Source: Lepidodermella squamata (Eukaryota; Animalia; Gastrotricha). Taken from it: 64,000 nucleotides of DNA. Where the stretch lies: the NCBI GenBank assembly GCA_047495785.1, contig JBLDXI010000010.1:1550001-1614000 (forward strand), in the 5' to 3' direction. The notes below the pieces were generated by a model, which did no database searches, was not told where the DNA came from, and saw nothing but the letters and a program-made list of their open reading frames with translations. Position numbers and translations under genes: made by a program. Positions 60,949 to 64,000 of this stretch are shown here, in pieces. The first letter of the stretch is position 1; the number at the start of each line of letters is the position of its first letter.

Positions 60949-62517
60949 CTATTTTCGATACTTGAGCCAGTTTGGAAGATTGAAATCTTGCAGAGTAAAC
61001 GTATCCTTCTCCGTTTTGCCACACTTCTTATGATGCAATTGAACCACAGCCGTAGAAAGCGCCGATAGCACCCATTTCTCTCCACGAACAACTGGGCACG
61101 TGAAAACATTACTCCTGCCATCGATATGAATAAATGTCGGCAAGAGATTGTAATGGAAAAGCGCTGAACGCGACGGGATCTCAAAAGCACTTGCACTGTA
61201 ACCAGACTTGCCGCCCTCTTCAGGTGCAGAGAGTACAATCGAGAGGGTGGTGAAAAGATTGTCGGTGTTGTTCACTGTTGGCACTGCAACAGGGTGAGGC
61301 AAATGATGGCCTCCAGCGCTGAAACGATCGATTTCAAAACCGTAAACGGTTTCAAGGTTCAGGCCAAGGGCTGCCTCGATATAACGGCCGAAGTACGAGT
61401 AATTGCTCTTGTAGACGAAGTTAGTCTCAGCTCGCTTTATGTGAGGGATGACGATCGGTTTACCATCAGTCATATTTATCATTTTAGCAGGTTCCAGTCG
61501 TGGTTGAACATCAGCCTTGAGCTTCTCAGCCTCAGTTTTCGTGACGAATTCGTGGAAAATCACGACGAGTGGGTCGTAACTCAAAATCTCCTCCTTAACA
61601 GGCGATAGGATGAGAAGAGGATGGCGTTTTCGGTTCGTAATCCGGCAGACCAACTTTGGATCTTTCGGGTAGATTGCTTCGGATTTGCACGGCCTGTAAA
61701 CGCGTAAATTGCCAAGTTTCTCCGTCCAATCTGCCGCAGTTGGATCAGTGAAGATCGCAGGCATCTCCTCCAGCTCGACTCGGGTTAGGTAATCCTCTCT
61801 AACACCTTCAAAGTACTTCTGGCTCTCCTTATCCAAGTTGTATCGTTGCAAAGCTTGATTTGTGAGCTTCAACGCCAGGCTCAAATTGCCCATCTTATCA
61901 GCTGAATAGATCAGGTAAGAGACCAGCATGATTTCATCCTCCATTCTCTTCCATTTAACGATCTTCGAAAAGTTGTACGCACCCCATGCCGCTTTGAATT
62001 TAACGAAAGCCTGAGAGAAATTGCCAGCTTTCACGAGTTTCAGGCCGCGATCGAACAGCTTTTTGTCATCGCCCTCCTTGATGTTTTTGCCGTATTTTGC
62101 CTGAGCAGCTTCGACATCTTCCGTATCCGGGCTTTGCGGGGAGATTTGAAGTAGAGCGTCAATCTTGTTTTCCCATTTCTTGCGTTGGTCGGCATGTTGC
62201 CCGCCTCTAGTGAGAGCAATCCTGCATGCCGCGATAGACTTGCGCCAGTAGTTAAGCTGGAAGGCTGTTTCTTGGTAGCCAAGGATGATGTCGAGTTCTT
62301 TCACCGGGCTGAGTTCACCGAGCTCTCGAACCGTGACGTTGTAAGCCTTCCAAGCTTTTACGAACAGGTCGAAGGCAACTGTCATGTTCTGCAGCTCTCG
62401 TTGCTGCCGAACAGCCTCATCGTACAGCTCTTTCACAGATTCGCCCTCTGCTTGGATCGATACGAAGTAGAGACATGAAATTCCGAGCAGCAAGAGCAGC
62501 CCAGGTTTCGGAGACAT
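60949..62517 (-). CDS. Prolyl 4-hydroxylase alpha-like protein, intronless, probably catalytically inactive
   Basis: Signal peptide, TPR-like helices, LVCR..HPLLILSPVKEEILSYDPLVVIFHEFV, GGHHLPH, EEGG, SALFHYNL, CPVVRGEKWV. Confidence 0.88.
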   Translation of the reverse strand: MSPKPGLLLLLGISCLYFVSIQAEGESVKELYDEAVRQQRELQNMTVAFDLFVKAWKAYNVTVRELGELSPVKELDIILGYQETAFQLNYWRKSIAACRIALTRGGQHADQRKKWENKIDALLQISPQSPDTEDVEAAQAKYGKNIKEGDDKKLFDRGLKLVKAGNFSQAFVKFKAAWGAYNFSKIVKWKRMEDEIMLVSYLIYSADKMGNLSLALKLTNQALQRYNLDKESQKYFEGVREDYLTRVELEEMPAIFTDPTAADWTEKLGNLRVYRPCKSEAIYPKDPKLVCRITNRKRHPLLILSPVKEEILSYDPLVVIFHEFVTKTEAEKLKADVQPRLEPAKMINMTDGKPIVIPHIKRAETNFVYKSNYSYFGRYIEAALGLNLETVYGFEIDRFSAGGHHLPHPVAVPTVNNTDNLFTTLSIVLSAPEEGGKSGYSASAFEIPSRSALFHYNLLPTFIHIDGRSNVFTCPVVRGEKWVLSALSTAVVQLHHKKCGKTEKDTFTLQDFNLPNWLKYRK

Positions 62518-63556
62518 GTTTGATGATAAGTGAAATGACAAGTGCTATTTGAAAATACCACTTGTTTTGCTGTGTATAAATTCGAAAAACATTTAGCTGA
62601 CGTGGCCTCGACGTGGCCGCGGCTTTTTTCTCGATGCTTTCATTCATCCAGACCAAAGGTTACGAGCTACGAGTAAACACGAGTAATAAAATGCGTGGGG
62701 TTCATCATTATCTGTATGACAATAGCTTAAAGCATAAAATAGTGGTTATCAACTGCTAGGGCAAGGTGACTACATAAAAACAATAGCCTGGCTTCAACAT
62801 TAACCGGTAGAAAGTCAAAACAGCAGCTTTGCGTTTTAAACAAAAACGGGGTTTATCGGAGTTATATATCAAACAGTTCCTAATTTAACTGAATTGATTG
62901 TGGTGATCTGTGGAAAGTGGAACTGTCGATTTTTTCTAAGCTCCAATCATAGAGAAAAAAATTACCCTTTTCTCTATGGCTCCAAGCTGTTGAAGAAGAA
63001 TTTAAATCAAGAACTATAAGAATTGAAACTCGAGTAACTCGCGAACCTTTGAACAAGTATGTACTTCTCAAAAAGTGTTTGGCAAACTTAAAGCGTTCAA
63101 GATCAATGGACTTCAGGCAATTTTATGACTAGGCTGATAGCCAGTGCCGTACCAGATAGGGTAATAGCTGATAGTAAAACCAGTCGTGAAATTGAAATGA
63201 AGGTAATAAAAATTAACACTTAACCTAATTACCATTAGTACAATGTGTATGATGCATGATGCATGCGATTTTCGCATAGAAACAACTTATTCGCTATGAA
63301 TGATTCTGTACGAAAAATTTTTATTTGCCAAAGTAACACCTGCAACTGAACGAAGACTGCCAACAGCGTAGTTCAGGCTTCAGGCATTCAATTTACGGCG
63401 TGATCTGAGCACATTTTGCCCAATGAAAAACATTTTTGTTTAATTCGCCTGTTTCCTATTCAAAAGAGGAAGCATTTTATTTGAAAATTTGTAACCTGGA
63501 TGGAGCTTTTACCATAACTATATCATTGTTAAAATACTCCATTAGCAGCTCGCATA

Positions 63557-64000
63557 ATGCTCGGAAGGGATCTGATGTCTATCTTACTGGTTGTTAGTTC
63601 AGGACCCAGTGTTTCAGCAAGCTATGCATTTTGCCAGAACTTGGCCTCGAACTGTGAATACTTGACGTCCAAATTTGCAAAACCAAGCCCTGATCCAGTG
63701 AACTTAACACTATCTCTTCAGCCATACGCCTTCCTGGGCATCGACGATATAGCTCAGACATTCTCTCTTCAAGCAACGATGGTATTCGAATGGCCGCTAC
63801 CAGACTGCGCAAAGTGGCAAGCAAACAAAAGTGAGAATCTGCCATCAGAATGTTGGTACTCAAAAGACTCGATATGGAAGCCAACTATCAATATCTGGAA
63901 TCAAGTTGGCAGTTCCTCGCAATTTTTCTCTGACTCGGGCAGTGAGGTTGTAGTTACTAGCGATGGACAAGCTCATTGGTCTGCGAAAGGCGCCATTGAA
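63557..64000 (+). CDS. Further divergent Cys-loop receptor-like subunit, N-terminal part (runs off right edge)
   Basis: Stop-free 148 codons absent from the ORF track: signal peptide, PVNLTLSLQPYAFLGIDDIAQTFSLQATMVFEW..C..W..IWKPTI..N..VVVTSDGQAHW, typical of pLGIC beta1-beta6. Confidence 0.8.
   Translation, partial: MLGRDLMSILLVVSSGPSVSASYAFCQNLASNCEYLTSKFAKPSPDPVNLTLSLQPYAFLGIDDIAQTFSLQATMVFEWPLPDCAKWQANKSENLPSECWYSKDSIWKPTINIWNQVGSSSQFFSDSGSEVVVTSDGQAHWSAKGAIE

Noticed and set aside
1-64000. CRISPR arrays, tRNA/rRNA genes, prokaryotic defence systems
   Set aside because: None seen by eye. The sequence is intron-containing metazoan DNA. Small ncRNAs cannot be excluded without a covariance-model search.

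Overview
Gene-dense animal (invertebrate) genomic DNA. Nearly all introns are GT-AG and 50-58 nt, so many ORF-track entries are exons that I joined by hand. From left to right the window holds: the 5' part of a conventional anion-type Cys-loop receptor (PAR motif); a thioester protein (GCGEQ) with one apparent GT-TG intron and an RSKR/Thr-rich insert; two tandem ankyrin-repeat genes with signal peptides; two Ly6/three-finger genes; a mucin-like type I membrane protein; a four-member family of secreted three-module Cys-rich proteins mostly invisible in the ORF track; a CXorf65/C22orf15-like gene; and an MSK-type double kinase that has lost its MAPK-control sites. The dominant feature is a same-strand tandem array of 11 highly divergent Cys-loop receptor-like genes, with a 12th running off the right end. 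These have lengthened Cys-loops, lack the usual neurotransmitter-binding residues and have almost no intracellular domain. The array is interrupted by a pair of intronless, tail-less GABA-B-like class C GPCRs (one intact, one pseudogene). It is followed by two Cys-rich EB-like genes and a prolyl 4-hydroxylase that appears catalytically dead. Several MITEs and a LINE 3' fragment are present. The best candidate for an undescribed system is a lineage-specific ionotropic chemoreceptor-like Cys-loop array with neighbouring receptor and modulator genes. All gene models and homologies come from manual reading and motif recall, not database searches.
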